Made by a program: the position numbers and the translations under genes
Notes under the pieces: model-generated
Told to the model about the DNA's origin: nothing
The model's input: only the letters and a program-made list of their open reading frames with translations
Database searches by the model: none
Shown here: positions 29,839 to 32,244 of the stretch, piece by piece
Numbering within the stretch: position 1 is the stretch's first letter
Layout of the letters: every line of letters starts with the position of its first letter
Assembly (NCBI GenBank): GCA_043228905.1
Contig: JBHGNT010000352.1
Location: 1-32,244, forward strand
DNA from: Azolla caroliniana
Lineage: Eukaryota > Plantae > Polypodiophyta
Length of the DNA: 32,244 bases
Direction of reading: 5' to 3'

Positions 29839-32244
29839 GATATGTTCAGCCCATTAGTGGTTCCATTCCCTCTAAGCAAGTTAGCAATGTGTTCATAGCC
29901 CAAGTAGCAGTTAGTACTAAAAGTACCCCTCCAGTACATGTTCTAGCACTTCTAGATTCTGGAGCTAATTCTTGCTTCATGGATAGGAAATTTGCCCAAG
30001 ATCATCAGATATCTCTCAGAAAACTCCCATGTCCTGCCTCTGTAGTAGTCATTGATGGTTGTCCCATTGCTTCCGGAAATATCATAGAAGAGTCAAAGCC
30101 CATTAATATTTTCCTAGATAATCTAGCATGTGTCATATCATTTAATATAATTAGCATCCCAGAACACCCCATTGTCTTAGGATTACCATGGTTCGAATTA
30201 CATAACCCAGACATAGATTGGCGGACAAGAGAAATCCAGCATCGAAAAGCCCGAGGGTCTACTCATGAGATTGCAACGATTTCACTACATTAGTTACGTG
30301 AGGAAGGACACAAGGAAGAAATGTTCCTCTTCGCAACATCAGTAAAACCCTTCAACACCATTAAAGAGGAATCCACCATTCAACTTCCAGAGAAGTATCG
30401 TCATTATGCCGATGTGTTTGATAAAGTACAAGCCAATACGCTTCCTCACCATCGACCATATGATTGCTCCATCGATTTACAACCGGGGAAAGAGCCACCA
30501 TGGGGACCGATCTACAATCTGTCACCAACCGGACTAGAAGTCCTTCGAGCCTATATAGAGGAGAATTTGGAGAATGGTTTCATACGACATTCGAAATCTC
30601 CAGCCGACGCACCCATTTTCTTCGTCAAGAAAAAGGATGGCTCACTTTGTCTCGTTGTAGATTACCGTGGCTTGAATAAGGTTACAATCCGAAATAGGTA
30701 TGCACTTCCCCTTATCTCAAGTCTTGCCTATAACCTCGTACGGATCCGACCAGGACATGAATGGAAGACCGCGTTCCGCACCAGATATGGGCACTTCAAG
30801 TATACGGTCATGCCGTTCGGCCTCACTAATGCGCCAACAGTCTTCCATCACATGGCAAATGATATTTTCCAAGATCTCTTGGATGTGTGTCTAATCATCT
30901 ATTTGGATGATCTACTAGTTTACTCAAAGACCCAAGAAGAGCATGATTCTCATGTACTATTAGTACTAAAACGACTTCGAGAACATGGTCTTTATGCAAA
31001 GCTGGAAAAATGTACTTTCGGGTGCAGCCAAGTGGAATTTCTCGGCTATGTCATTTCCTCAGAAGGCATCTCCATGGACCCAGCTAAGGTCCAAATGGTG
31101 GTAGAATGGCAGACTCCGCGTTCGGTGCGAGATGTGCAATGCTTTCTAGGCTTTGCCAATTTTTACCGGAAGTTTATAAAGGATTACTCAAAGCTCGTTT
31201 TGCCTTTTACACAACTTACTAGGAAGGGACAATCGTTCATTTGGTCTGAAGAAGCGGACATGGCTTTTGAGAATCTTAAAAAGGCATTTACATCAGCTCC
31301 GATTCTAGCTCACGTTGATCCAGAAAAACCATTCATCATCAAAGCGGACGCATCGGATTTTGCATTGGGGAGCATTCTATCACAATGAGGTAATGATGAA
31401 AAGCTACATCCTGTGGCTTTTCACTCACGTAAGTTTGACGCCGCCGAAATCAACTACGAAATTCATGAGAAAGAGCTATTGGCTATAGTGGACTCTTTTA
31501 TGCAATGGAGGCATAAAAGAGTCCACTATAGCCAATAGCTCTTCTCATCAAGTCAGTGTATTCAGTGACCACAAAAACCTCGCCTATTTTCAAGACGCTC
31601 GCGTGTTAAATCGACATCAAGCTCAGTGGGCCCATTTTCTCACGCGTTTCGACTTCAAGATTACATATCGACCTGGGAAGCACCAAGGGAAAGCAGATGC
31701 ATTATCACGACGTTCGTACCTAGCACCGCGTCCCGGCGAGCCAGCTTTCGATAACCAAAAGCAAGTAATCTTGGGACCGGCACGATTGCAAGCAACACAG
31801 GTCTTTGGCATGCCCATGGATTCCCACGTTATCAATATCATACGTGCGGACCTGAAGACAGATGCTTTCGCCCAAGCTATACTAGCACAAATTGATCCCT
31901 CTCGAGTGTCGTGTTCACAGTCGCAACCACCAGGTACAGACTATCGGCAATTCAAATACCATGATGGATTACTCTTCTTTAAAGAACTTTTGTATGTTCC
32001 TAATGGTTCTTGCTGCCTTCGAGTAGTACAAAACTGTCATGATACATATACAGCTGGGCATTTTGGTAGTACTAAAACATTAGATTTAGTACAACGATCA
32101 TTCTGGTGGCCCCGTATGCGACAATTTGTCGAAGATTTTGTTCGGACTTGTGATACATGCTGCAGAGCGAAAATGCCAAGGCATCATCCATATGGTTTAT
32201 TAGAACCATTGCCAATTCCAAGCAAGCCGTGGCAATCCATTGCT
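29826..32244 (+). pseudogene. pol: Gypsy F pol: protease, RT, RNase H, integrase HHCC (stops, deletion, inverted duplication)
   Basis: LLDSGANSCF; MPFGLTNAP; IYLDDLL; ADASDFALG; HDTYTAGHFG..FWWP..CDTC. Confidence 0.93.

Larger units (their letters stand above)
28154..32244 (+). mobile_element. Ty3/gypsy LTR retrotransposon F (Tf1/sushi-Tcn1 chromovirus type), continues beyond the window
   Basis: 5' LTR 28154-28606, then gag, PR, RT, RH and start of IN in gypsy order. No tRNA PBS. The chromodomain would lie outside the window, so the lineage is inferred from motifs ([50 protein letters not shown]). Confidence 0.93.

Overview
Eukaryotic land-plant DNA, probably from a non-seed plant such as a moss (inferred from the element lineages). 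It is a heterochromatin-type nest of retrotransposons around one small, apparently intact host gene. In order: (1) the 3' part of a long coiled-coil ORF followed by two LTR-like units (1-2494); (2) a decayed spliced gene remnant, a 17-bp tandem array and more LTR fragments (2.5-5.7 kb); (3) Ty1/copia element A (~6050-16916), interrupted by a complete two-LTR copia B (8171-14509, TSD TGAAG), which itself carries solo LTR E (9045-10140, TSD CCGG); A is also cut in RNase H by a truncated Tnt1-like copia C on the minus strand (16917-~20503); (4) a two-exon plant dynein light chain (LC8-type) gene on the minus strand (22747-23371); (5) solo LTR D, a copia LTR fragment and two LINE copies; (6) Ty3/gypsy element F of the Tf1/sushi-Tcn1 type, from 28154 past the window end. 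Most notable: three dissimilar LTRs (D, E, F) each carry, in U3 and antisense to the LTR, a tRNA-like RNA polymerase III A-box/B-box cassette with the same 32-nt spacing. All coordinates and counts were read by eye and may be off by a few bases.
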